From: an uncultured archaeon
GTDB taxonomy: Archaea; Nanohalarchaeota; Nanosalinia; Nanosalinales; Nanosalinaceae
Length of the DNA stretch: 64,000 nt
NCBI GenBank assembly: GCA_964604885.1
Contig: CAZSAB010000003.1
Span: 28,335-92,334, forward strand
Direction of reading: 5' to 3'
The notes under the pieces are model-generated. The model did no database searches. It was not told the DNA's origin and saw only the letters and a program-made list of their open reading frames with translations. Position 1 is the first letter of the stretch, and each line of letters begins with the position of its first letter. This document shows positions 56,385-64,000 of the stretch, piece after piece. The translations under genes and the position numbers were made by a program.

Positions 56385-56975
56385 TTATTTTCTCCTCGTG
56401 ATTATCAGGTCTACAGGTGTTTCACGGCCTTCCTCTGTGTGAAAGCCGTAACTCGGTGGAAGCACGATATCGTACTTCTGCACGCCCTCAAGCTTATGAT
56501 TAGAACTTCGGACCAAACTTTTTATACTGTCACGGGCGCCCATAGGAGAAATCCCATAAACAGCGTCACCGACCTCTATAGCCTTCTCCCAGAAAGAAAG
56601 CCCGATATCCGAATGAACAGAGAACGGAGGGTTCATCACGACAGTATCTGCTTTTTCAGTAAAATTTTCAACACCCTCCTCTATAAACTCTATCTCAGCC
56701 TCTTTTTCCTCCGCATTTTCTCTAGCTAGTTTAACTGCGTCAGCATCTTTCTCTACAGCGGTAACTTCTCCACCGATCTTTGCCGCTCCGATCGCCAAGA
56801 TGCCTGTTCCTGCTCCAAGATCGACAACTTTCTTCCCTTCTATATCCTGTTGCATGTATGCCGTGTAGATCAGATCAGCTGCAAGAGCTGGAGGGGTTAT
56901 GTACTGTTCCAGCTTGATCTTCGGGTCTTCAAAGTCCTTGATCTGTGAAAGAATTCTCCTAAGTTCGTTTTTCAT
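56385..56975 (-). CDS. METTL5-family N6-adenine methyltransferase
   Basis: KLEQYITP, DLGAGTGIL and MNPPF. Confidence 0.9.
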   Translation of the reverse strand: MKNELRRILSQIKDFEDPKIKLEQYITPPALAADLIYTAYMQQDIEGKKVVDLGAGTGILAIGAAKIGGEVTAVEKDADAVKLARENAEEKEAEIEFIEEGVENFTEKADTVVMNPPFSVHSDIGLSFWEKAIEVGDAVYGISPMGARDSIKSLVRSSNHKLEGVQKYDIVLPPSYGFHTEEGRETPVDLIITRRK

Positions 56976-57040
56976 CTGGTTCTTCGTGGCTTGATTCGGT
57001 TTATTGACTGTTTTAAAGCTTTGTATCTAACGGTTGAGGC

Positions 57041-58660
57041 ATGCCAGACGAAAACTTGGAGGACCTTTCTAAGGACGAGTTAATCGAGAAAATCCAGAAT
57101 CAGGTAGTATTTTTTGAGCCACAGCGTGAAATAATACTTTCCAACCCGGACCGCGAGACCTTGAACGAGGTCTCTTCGCTAGCCCACATGGAGACTTCCT
57201 CGGGTGAGCACTATAAATTCGAAGTCCAGGAGATGGATATCTGGAACAGTGACAAGTCCTTGGAAGAAATAAAAGAAGTATACACACGTGTCGTAGGAAG
57301 CTATCCGCGTTTCCTGGAGTGGCTAGAAAGAACTTACACTAAGCAGGAGATGTTCAGCATTGAGCACCGCGGCCGGTACCACTCTCTGGTGGCCGAGGAT
57401 CCGGAGAGGATGGACTGGGCGCGGAGCATCGACGATGTAAGGCAGAACCTTTCTGTCGACCTTTCCGACACGGAATCTCGTATCGCGATGGGGTCCAAGA
57501 GTCGTGCAGAGATCAAGGAAGCACTGCTGAAGAAAGGTTATCCGGTCAAGGACAATTCCAAGTTCAGGGAATCTGACGAGAAGATCGGTGCAGATCTGGC
57601 TGAAGGTATCGAGCTGAGAGACTATCAGAAAGAGTATGTTGAGAAGGCACATGAGAAGAAGGCTGCAGTACTTGCTAACCCTGCAGGATCCGGTAAAACG
57701 GTTACTTCCATCGGACTGATGGCGAAGATAGATGCACCGACACTTATCCTCGTCCCGCAACGAAATCTTGTTGGACAGTGGAAGAGAGAGCTTCTTGATA
57801 AGACAACTTTGACGGAAGATCAGATCGGTGAATATCACGGCGATGAGAAGAAGATGAATGATGTAACGATTGCTACATATCACATGGCTGGTGAGAAAAC
57901 CAATATATTCAGGAAGGAATGGGGGCTGATAATCTTCGATGAAGTACACCATATCCCGTCCAAACTGTTCAGGAAAACGGCGGATTTACAGAGTACAAGG
58001 CGTATCGGTCTTTCAGCTTCTCCTGTAAGAGAAGATTCGAAGGAAAGAGAGATCTTCGCTCTTATCGGCCAGGAGATAGGCAGCGACTGGGCTCGTTTCT
58101 TTGCCGAGGGTCACGTCGTGAAGCCTGATGTTGAGATACAGCTAGTTGACTGGGCATCCGATCACTACAGACACAAGTATGAAGAGGCCTCAGGTATCAA
58201 GAAGGCGATTATCGCATCCAAGAACCCAGCCAAGAAGCAGAACCTTGAGAATATCCTTGAAAAGCATCAAGAAGAGAAGACTATCATTTTCTGTGACTGG
58301 ATCGATCAAGGGGAAACACTCTCAGAAGAGTATGACATCCCCTTTGTTTCTGGAGAGACAGACTTTGAGGATAGAGAAGACTACTTCGAGAAGTTTAGGA
58401 ACGATGAATTAAAGACGATTATTGTCTCGCGAATCGGCGACGAAGGACTTGATCTTCCTGACGCAGAGATCGGTATAGTCATGTCAGGTCAGGGAGGAAG
58501 CAGGAGACAGGCAACACAGCGAGCAGGAAGAGTAATGCGTCCATTTGGCGATGCACAGGTCTATATGGTTGCAACGAAGGGAAGTAATGAAGAAGACTTC
58601 GTTAAGCAGCAGGTTGAACTTCTTAAAGAGAAGGGTGTACCGGTGACTATTAAAGAATGA
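57041..58660 (+). CDS. xpb: XPB/Rad25 family SF2 helicase
   Basis: LRDYQ, PAGSGKT, IFDEVHH, GLSASPVRED, DEGLDLP and QRAGRVMR. Confidence 0.9.
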   Translation: MPDENLEDLSKDELIEKIQNQVVFFEPQREIILSNPDRETLNEVSSLAHMETSSGEHYKFEVQEMDIWNSDKSLEEIKEVYTRVVGSYPRFLEWLERTYTKQEMFSIEHRGRYHSLVAEDPERMDWARSIDDVRQNLSVDLSDTESRIAMGSKSRAEIKEALLKKGYPVKDNSKFRESDEKIGADLAEGIELRDYQKEYVEKAHEKKAAVLANPAGSGKTVTSIGLMAKIDAPTLILVPQRNLVGQWKRELLDKTTLTEDQIGEYHGDEKKMNDVTIATYHMAGEKTNIFRKEWGLIIFDEVHHIPSKLFRKTADLQSTRRIGLSASPVREDSKEREIFALIGQEIGSDWARFFAEGHVVKPDVEIQLVDWASDHYRHKYEEASGIKKAIIASKNPAKKQNLENILEKHQEEKTIIFCDWIDQGETLSEEYDIPFVSGETDFEDREDYFEKFRNDELKTIIVSRIGDEGLDLPDAEIGIVMSGQGGSRRQATQRAGRVMRPFGDAQVYMVATKGSNEEDFVKQQVELLKEKGVPVTIKE

Positions 58661-58983
58661 CAGATGAATACAGGGAACTTTACTTCTTTTTGAATGACGA
58701 ATTTGACAACTTGGATAACTTGAGAGATGTTCTCAAAGGTCTCGGAGACCAGAAGGAGACTGAGACCTCTCTGAGACAGCTAATGGATTGTTACGTGAGT
58801 AACTCTAACCCAGAATACTCTGAGGTGATTCAGAGAGATGAATATAGGCTTGGGGAAGAATCCGAAGCGGCTATATTTGAAACTGACCAAGGCATATTTG
58901 TCTTTTCCAATTCTAATTATTTAGATCGGAACTCGCGATCTATACCTTCTAGAAGTACTAAAAGCATTGTGAGACAGGTATAG
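58657..58983 (+). CDS. Hypothetical protein
   Basis: ORF overlapping the xpb stop (ATGA); no motif recognised. Confidence 0.5.
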   Translation: MTDEYRELYFFLNDEFDNLDNLRDVLKGLGDQKETETSLRQLMDCYVSNSNPEYSEVIQRDEYRLGEESEAAIFETDQGIFVFSNSNYLDRNSRSIPSRSTKSIVRQV

Positions 58984-59024
58984 TATTCTGAAGCTATTAA
59001 GAAGTATTGTAGAAAATACTAATT

Positions 59025-60011
59025 ATGGCGCTAATAAAAGCAGAAAACTTATCCAAAGATTTCCGCATATACCAGAGAGGTGACGGAATCAAAGGTTATC
59101 TCAAATCCTTCATCAAAAGAGAATACGAAAAAGTCCAAGCAGTAGAAAATCTTAACTTGCAAATTGATGAAGGGGAAATGATTGGGTACATAGGATCAAA
59201 CGGAGCAGGGAAAAGTACTACTGTCAAGATGCTGACCGGGATTCTCGAACCAAGTTCTGGGAAGATAGAAGTCGACGGCAGAAATCCGCATAAAAAGAGA
59301 AAGAAAAACGCGATGAATATCGGCGTAGTATTCGGCCAGAAAACACAGCTTTGGTGGGACCTTCCGGTTAAAGAAAGCTTCAAACTCCTCAAAGAGATCT
59401 ACGAAGTAAGTGATGCGGATTATGACGACAGGATCGAAGAGTTTGATGATGTCCTTCAGCTCAGTGATTTTTGGGATCAGCCTGTGAGGAAACTAAGCCT
59501 CGGCCAGAAGATGAGATGTGAATTGGCTGCTGCTTTCCTGCACCATCCAAAAATAGTATATCTGGACGAGCCTACGATAGGACTGGATGTGGCCGTGAAG
59601 GAGCGTATCAGAGACTTCATCAAGAAGATGAATCGTGAGGAGAACATCACAGTCATGCTTACAACGCACGACATCGGCGACATCGAAGACCTGTGTGAAC
59701 GGGTGGTGGTTCTCGATGAGGGGAAGAAGATCTATGATGGAGATCTGGATTCACTCGTCAACCGGTTCACCTCTAGAAGGCTAGTAATGGACATCAGAAA
59801 CGGTGATAGCTTCCAAATAGAGATGGAGGGTATTCAGGAAATAGAGAAGGATGATGGTCATGTCGAAATAGTGTTTGACCGAGAAAAGATCTCTGCCTCA
59901 GACCTTATGAGAGAAGTACTGGAAAACTATGATGTCCTCGACTTCCAGATCAAGGAGCCAAATATCGAATCAGTGGTCAAAAAAGTGTATAATGAAGGAT
60001 TGGAGGATTAG
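59025..60011 (+). CDS. ABC transporter ATP-binding protein
   Basis: GSNGAGKST, LSLGQ and LDEPTIGLD. Confidence 0.95.
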   Translation: MALIKAENLSKDFRIYQRGDGIKGYLKSFIKREYEKVQAVENLNLQIDEGEMIGYIGSNGAGKSTTVKMLTGILEPSSGKIEVDGRNPHKKRKKNAMNIGVVFGQKTQLWWDLPVKESFKLLKEIYEVSDADYDDRIEEFDDVLQLSDFWDQPVRKLSLGQKMRCELAAAFLHHPKIVYLDEPTIGLDVAVKERIRDFIKKMNREENITVMLTTHDIGDIEDLCERVVVLDEGKKIYDGDLDSLVNRFTSRRLVMDIRNGDSFQIEMEGIQEIEKDDGHVEIVFDREKISASDLMREVLENYDVLDFQIKEPNIESVVKKVYNEGLED

Positions 60012-60013
60012 TT

Positions 60014-60796
60014 GTGAAATTGGCTAAGTATCTTTCTCTTACAAGAGTTGGCCTTAGGGAAGGTCTACAGTATAGAGGCAACACTCTGGCCGGGATTGGA
60101 GCTAGCCTAATCTCACTGACTCTATTCTATTATATATGGAAAGCTATTGCTGCTTCAGGTGAACTTGCAACACCTTTTTCCTCGATTATTGCTTATGTGG
60201 CGTTGGCAAGGGTTATCAGCAATGCTACTTCTGCAAATATTGAAGAATGGGTTGGAGAAAAGATTAGGAAAGGAACAATAGTCAATGAATTAAAGAAACC
60301 TGTTTCGCTGAAATTACAGCTCTATTTTTATGAGCTAGGTAGATCATCGTTCAAAATGATAATAAGAGGAGTTCCAGCACTCCTAATAGGAATATTGTTC
60401 CTGAATGTTGGTATCCCTGGATTGCTGAATGGATCTCTTTTTCTCTTATCTTTATTTTTTACTATTAATCTTGCTCTGGTGTTATCTTACTTGACTTCGA
60501 TGTTTGTCTTTTGGACGAAGGTAGCTTGGAGTCTAAGGATGATGCGGACGATGCTGGCCGGCCTTTTTTCGGGGGCTATGATTCCGCTTTATCTAGTTCC
60601 TGAAAATATCAGAGCTGTATTCTACTTGACGCCCTTCCCACACATGGTTGATGCGCCTATATCGATTTACCAAGGTACAGCTGAAAGCGTGCTTCAAGTA
60701 TTCGGAATGCAGCTTGCTTGGATACTGCTTCTCTCAATCTTGGCTGAACTTGTCTGGAGAAAAGCAAAGACTAAACTGACTGTCCAAGGAGGTTAA
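60014..60796 (+). CDS. ABC-2 family permease (DUF990-like)
   Basis: Six TMs; GTIVNELKKP and AMIPL motifs. Confidence 0.85.
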   Translation: MKLAKYLSLTRVGLREGLQYRGNTLAGIGASLISLTLFYYIWKAIAASGELATPFSSIIAYVALARVISNATSANIEEWVGEKIRKGTIVNELKKPVSLKLQLYFYELGRSSFKMIIRGVPALLIGILFLNVGIPGLLNGSLFLLSLFFTINLALVLSYLTSMFVFWTKVAWSLRMMRTMLAGLFSGAMIPLYLVPENIRAVFYLTPFPHMVDAPISIYQGTAESVLQVFGMQLAWILLLSILAELVWRKAKTKLTVQGG

Positions 60797-60800
60797 AAAG

Positions 60801-61616
60801 ATGTATAGGCAGAAAATCAAGGTTTTAAAGAAATACTTGAGCTTTTACTGGCTTTATTTTGTCCAGTACTGGAAATCCAGACTTGTTTATAAAACCGACT
60901 TTCTTCTAGGAGCTACAAGTCAATCTATCAGCATGGCAGTTTCTTTGGCATTCCTAACTCTTGTCTTCACCAATATTACTGATCTTCAGGGCTGGACATT
61001 TAATGAAATGCTTTTTTTGGCTGGTTTTGGAGGCACAGTGCTCTTCACTCAGAACATGTTCCTATTTAATATCATTAGGTTGGGGGAAAGCTATATACTC
61101 TCTGGAGATATGGATAGAGTGCTTTTAAGACCTCTAAATCCATTATTCCAGATTTATGCTGACGATGTACACGACAATAATCTTCCCAAAGTAATCGCAA
61201 ATATTGCTCTAATGATCTATGCAGTCTCTCAAATAGGACTAAGTATTTCATTTATTGATTTAGTTTACGCGGCAGTATCTATGTCCAGCGGAATTCTCGT
61301 GATAGCTTCAATTTATTTACTTTTCTCAACCACGGCTTTCTGGACAGGAACTTCTAGAAGCGCAGTCTGGCTATTCTTTAGAGTCAGCAACTTCAGAAAA
61401 TACCCGTTTGAAATCTTTTCAATTCCGATACAAGCTGTTCTAGTCACTCTTATACCGATAGCATTTGCTTCATACTTCCCAGCTAGCTTTCTTTTAGGCA
61501 AAGAAGGATTTGAAGTATGGAAAGCCGCTACACCCTTACTAGGACCTGTATTTTACTTAATAGCCTATAAATTCTGGCTTTTTGGCTTATCCAGATATTC
61601 GAGTACCGGAAGCTAA
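60801..61616 (+). CDS. ABC-2 family permease (DUF990-like)
   Basis: GDMDRVLLRPLNPL, KYPFEIF and YFPASFLL. Confidence 0.88.
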   Translation: MYRQKIKVLKKYLSFYWLYFVQYWKSRLVYKTDFLLGATSQSISMAVSLAFLTLVFTNITDLQGWTFNEMLFLAGFGGTVLFTQNMFLFNIIRLGESYILSGDMDRVLLRPLNPLFQIYADDVHDNNLPKVIANIALMIYAVSQIGLSISFIDLVYAAVSMSSGILVIASIYLLFSTTAFWTGTSRSAVWLFFRVSNFRKYPFEIFSIPIQAVLVTLIPIAFASYFPASFLLGKEGFEVWKAATPLLGPVFYLIAYKFWLFGLSRYSSTGS

Positions 61617-62128
61617 GGCACTATATTGCCGTCTACCTTGACGTTGCCGTTTCCTTTTTTCTTTATTGTAATATCGTATGTATATCCTGACTCTTCGGCT
61701 ATGACATAGGGATCAGATCCTTCCAAAGGCTGTCCCATCCATGTCATGTTGACGCTGCATCCATGCTGTACACATCCATGGTGCTTGTCTTCGAAGCTCA
61801 TGCATACATATCTTCCTAAGCTCGTATCTGAATCTGCAATTTTCACCGGCGATTCCGTAGGCGCCTCAGATTGATTTTCCGCGGCAAAGATACCTTTCAC
61901 ACCGTTGAGATTTGCTTCTGTAGACTCCTGTCCTCCACGTGCCTGTCTACAAATATTTTCTATATCACTGTTTAGTCCTTGAAAATCCTGTACAACGTTC
62001 TGTCTATCTGTCTGCTCCCAAAGCTGAAACAGAGATCCCTGTGCTACCAGTATAAGCAATGAGGCAGTTATTACACCTCCTATTATCCAAATCCAGATGC
62101 TCATACTCTCGCCTTTCATCCCTGACAC
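61613..62128 (-). CDS. Pilin-like secreted protein with N-terminal hydrophobic helix
   Basis: MKG/ESMSIWIWIIGGV N-terminus; four Cys. Confidence 0.5.
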   Translation of the reverse strand: MSGMKGESMSIWIWIIGGVITASLLILVAQGSLFQLWEQTDRQNVVQDFQGLNSDIENICRQARGGQESTEANLNGVKGIFAAENQSEAPTESPVKIADSDTSLGRYVCMSFEDKHHGCVQHGCSVNMTWMGQPLEGSDPYVIAEESGYTYDITIKKKGNGNVKVDGNIVP

Positions 62129-62574
62129 ACCCTCAGCGTCTCTGTACCATTAAGCATTATTTTCTCCTCGAAATCGGCCAACGTTTCCGAACTACTTTTT
62201 TCCACGATAATTCCATTAAAGCCGGGTAAATTGCTGCAGTCATTTCTATAGAGGACTTCAGGATCATCAGATAAACTAGAAGTCAGGTCGTTAATATATT
62301 CCTTATCTACCCTGAATCTAGGTTTTACCCTATTTTTCTGAGATTCACATACCCCAAGATGCCGAGCGTAGAATAAGGTTCTAAATCCTTCCTTTCCTAC
62401 AACCTGCTCTTCCTCAAATTCCTGACACACAGGGTAATCGCTGTTCCTGATGGAGTCCTCAACAGGATGCATATCATTGTCTTGTCTATCGACGCTGAAT
62501 AAAATGCCTGTGCCAACTCCTACAGCTATCAACGTAAGAACCAAGAAACCCATTTTCTCTAAAGTAAAACTCAT
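62116..62574 (-). CDS. Small N-terminally anchored protein, pilin-like
   Basis: N-terminal hydrophobic helix; four Cys; coupled to neighbouring genes. Confidence 0.45.
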   Translation of the reverse strand: MSFTLEKMGFLVLTLIAVGVGTGILFSVDRQDNDMHPVEDSIRNSDYPVCQEFEEEQVVGKEGFRTLFYARHLGVCESQKNRVKPRFRVDKEYINDLTSSLSDDPEVLYRNDCSNLPGFNGIIVEKSSSETLADFEEKIMLNGTETLRVCQG

Positions 62575-62990
62575 TATTCCACCACGATCATACCCCGGTC
62601 TGAACTATATCTTACGACTACAGTGTTGGAGCTATATTCAGAAGCAACCTCTGTCACTTCATTTACATCCTCTGAAAGACTTCCTTCCAAATCTGAACCA
62701 GTAAAACTTATCTCCGAATCAGAAGAAGCTATAAAACAAACATAGTCTTCCAAACTATTCTCCAAGTACCTATTGTAACAAGAATCTACCAGAGAAGCAA
62801 TCTCCTGTACTGATTGACTCCCCGAAATTTCAACCGTTTCTGCACCCTTTGGATCATCATTGCTCCCGCCCAACATATTATTTACGCTCGAAGAAATATC
62901 AGATTGGAAACCCAGTATCAATCCTGTGGCCACAGCTATCATTATCGTAATCAAAATAAATTTACCGGTCATATCTAGGCTTAAACTCAT
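62574..62990 (-). CDS. Small N-terminally anchored protein, pilin-like
   Basis: N-terminal hydrophobic helix; SCY...CF Cys pair. Confidence 0.45.
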   Translation of the reverse strand: MSLSLDMTGKFILITIMIAVATGLILGFQSDISSSVNNMLGGSNDDPKGAETVEISGSQSVQEIASLVDSCYNRYLENSLEDYVCFIASSDSEISFTGSDLEGSLSEDVNEVTEVASEYSSNTVVVRYSSDRGMIVVE

Positions 62991-63554
62991 CTACTTCACC
63001 TCTACGAAACCCGAACCCGTTGAGTTGTACCCAACTAGTATGAAACTGCTTTCTTTTATTTCATCCAGACGAAATCTAATTTGATTTTCGGAACCACAAA
63101 CATTACTACTGCTTGGATCAGTGGTACTGAACTCCAAATCCGAGTTCTGAATAAGTTCAGGGCAAATGCTGTTTTCAGACATTTTCTGATTTAGATATGA
63201 CTCATCAACAGCCTCGTCTAACTCAGGTACACTCCAGGCCTCACATCTCCTGAAGTCGACGTTATAACCTCTGAACTCGTCCCAACACTCCTGAACACCA
63301 ACAGCTAACTTCAGACTAAATTCATCTGGATCACTGGTATCTACTTTCTCATAATTAATATTGGCCTCCTCCGAACACCCTGCCACTGTAGGTGTCACGG
63401 AATCCGGAAGGGAAGGATTAAGACTATTATAAACACCGCAGAAACCTGACTCAGAATCCAAAGGTGAGAGATCAGTGAAAAGACCTATCATAACAGTTAC
63501 TCCCACCAAGGCCAAAACCACGCTTCCAATCACTGTAACACTGACTCCTTTCAT
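62991..63554 (-). CDS. Pilin-like secreted protein
   Basis: MKG/VSVTVIGSVVLAL N-terminus; QECW...C motif; six Cys. Confidence 0.5.
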   Translation of the reverse strand: MKGVSVTVIGSVVLALVGVTVMIGLFTDLSPLDSESGFCGVYNSLNPSLPDSVTPTVAGCSEEANINYEKVDTSDPDEFSLKLAVGVQECWDEFRGYNVDFRRCEAWSVPELDEAVDESYLNQKMSENSICPELIQNSDLEFSTTDPSSSNVCGSENQIRFRLDEIKESSFILVGYNSTGSGFVEVK

Positions 63555-63601
63555 TCAACTAATTCAAATTAGATATTTCTAATAAAAAATCCTTGTATTC
63601 C

Positions 63602-64000
63602 TCAAATATCACTCCAGAAAATCACTGCAACTAATCCGGCAATCAAGACTCCAACCAGAATGTACGTCCACTGAAAACTGCTTCCATCCTCCCCTTCCTT
63701 ATCTGAAGGCTCTGTATTCTCAACTGATGAAGTCGAACAATCATCTGAACACAACTCCGCATTTTCATGCTCTTGACAAACACCGTCTCCACAGGTACAA
63801 TCAATGTCCACTCCTCTTTCCTTGCAGTATGCAGAGCATTTTCGATCATACTCACATAGCTGATCCTCCAAGCTTATGGAAATCAGGCTTTGACCATTTT
63901 TTCTCAGCTCTAACCGAGTAATATTTTTGTTATAAGGTATACTAAAGCTTTGTATCTTGTTATCTAATTCTGTTGGAGGCTGGGTAAAAAGAAAGAAGTT
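63602..64000 (-). CDS. 3' part of a membrane-anchored Cys-rich surface protein (truncated by window edge)
   Basis: The frame of track ORF 63602-63871 is open to base 64000; CGDGVCQEHENAELCSDDC motif, Ser/Glu linker, C-terminal TM. Confidence 0.7.
   Translation of the reverse strand, partial: NFFLFTQPPTELDNKIQSFSIPYNKNITRLELRKNGQSLISISLEDQLCEYDRKCSAYCKERGVDIDCTCGDGVCQEHENAELCSDDCSTSSVENTEPSDKEGEDGSSFQWTYILVGVLIAGLVAVIFWSDI

Noticed and set aside
495-63921. Remaining short track ORFs overlapping annotated genes on the opposite strand or in other frames (e.g. 495-812, 6041-6361, 36727-37194, 57323-57952)
   Set aside because: Fully nested in well-supported genes, atypical composition, no motifs.

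Overview
The window looks like chromosome from a small-genome halophilic archaeon, most consistent with Nanohaloarchaeota (DPANN). This is inferred from the very acidic proteins, archaeal information genes, fused PriS-PriL primase and compact gene packing. Core content: tRNA-Gly(TCC); nop5, fibrillarin and rpl7ae; a dispersed SUF set (sufT, B, D, S, U, C); aIF5B/IF2 with a 602-aa LAGLIDADG intein; ribosomal proteins L24e, S28e, L7Ae, S2, S27e and L44e; Rpo6, Rpo11 and TFS; enolase, aIF2-alpha, Nop10, PAC2, PyrH, Gins51, primase, PCNA, an RPA-like protein, XPD, XPB and NreA; ABC, RND and MATE transporters; two PIN toxin-antitoxin pairs. The standout is an accessory surface locus at about 4.6-19.5 kb. 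It holds a class III-signal (pilin-like) PKD protein, three Sec-exported Asp/Ser/Gly-rich proteins made of phage tail-fibre-like modules, a membrane-anchored propeller-like protein and three small paralogous membrane proteins. The fibre-like modules include YadA-stalk/GDTMxG motifs, a pyocin-knob-like domain, a Peptidase_G2-like self-cleaving chaperone and a dockerin, and the three fibre genes share DNA cassettes. Other highlights are a candidate K-turn/hairpin switch over the rpl7ae Shine-Dalgarno, a primase whose Fe-S cysteines appear lost, a start-codon-less metallophosphoesterase inside a conserved operon and a second pilin-like cluster at the right end. All domain calls come from motif recognition by eye; no database searches were run.
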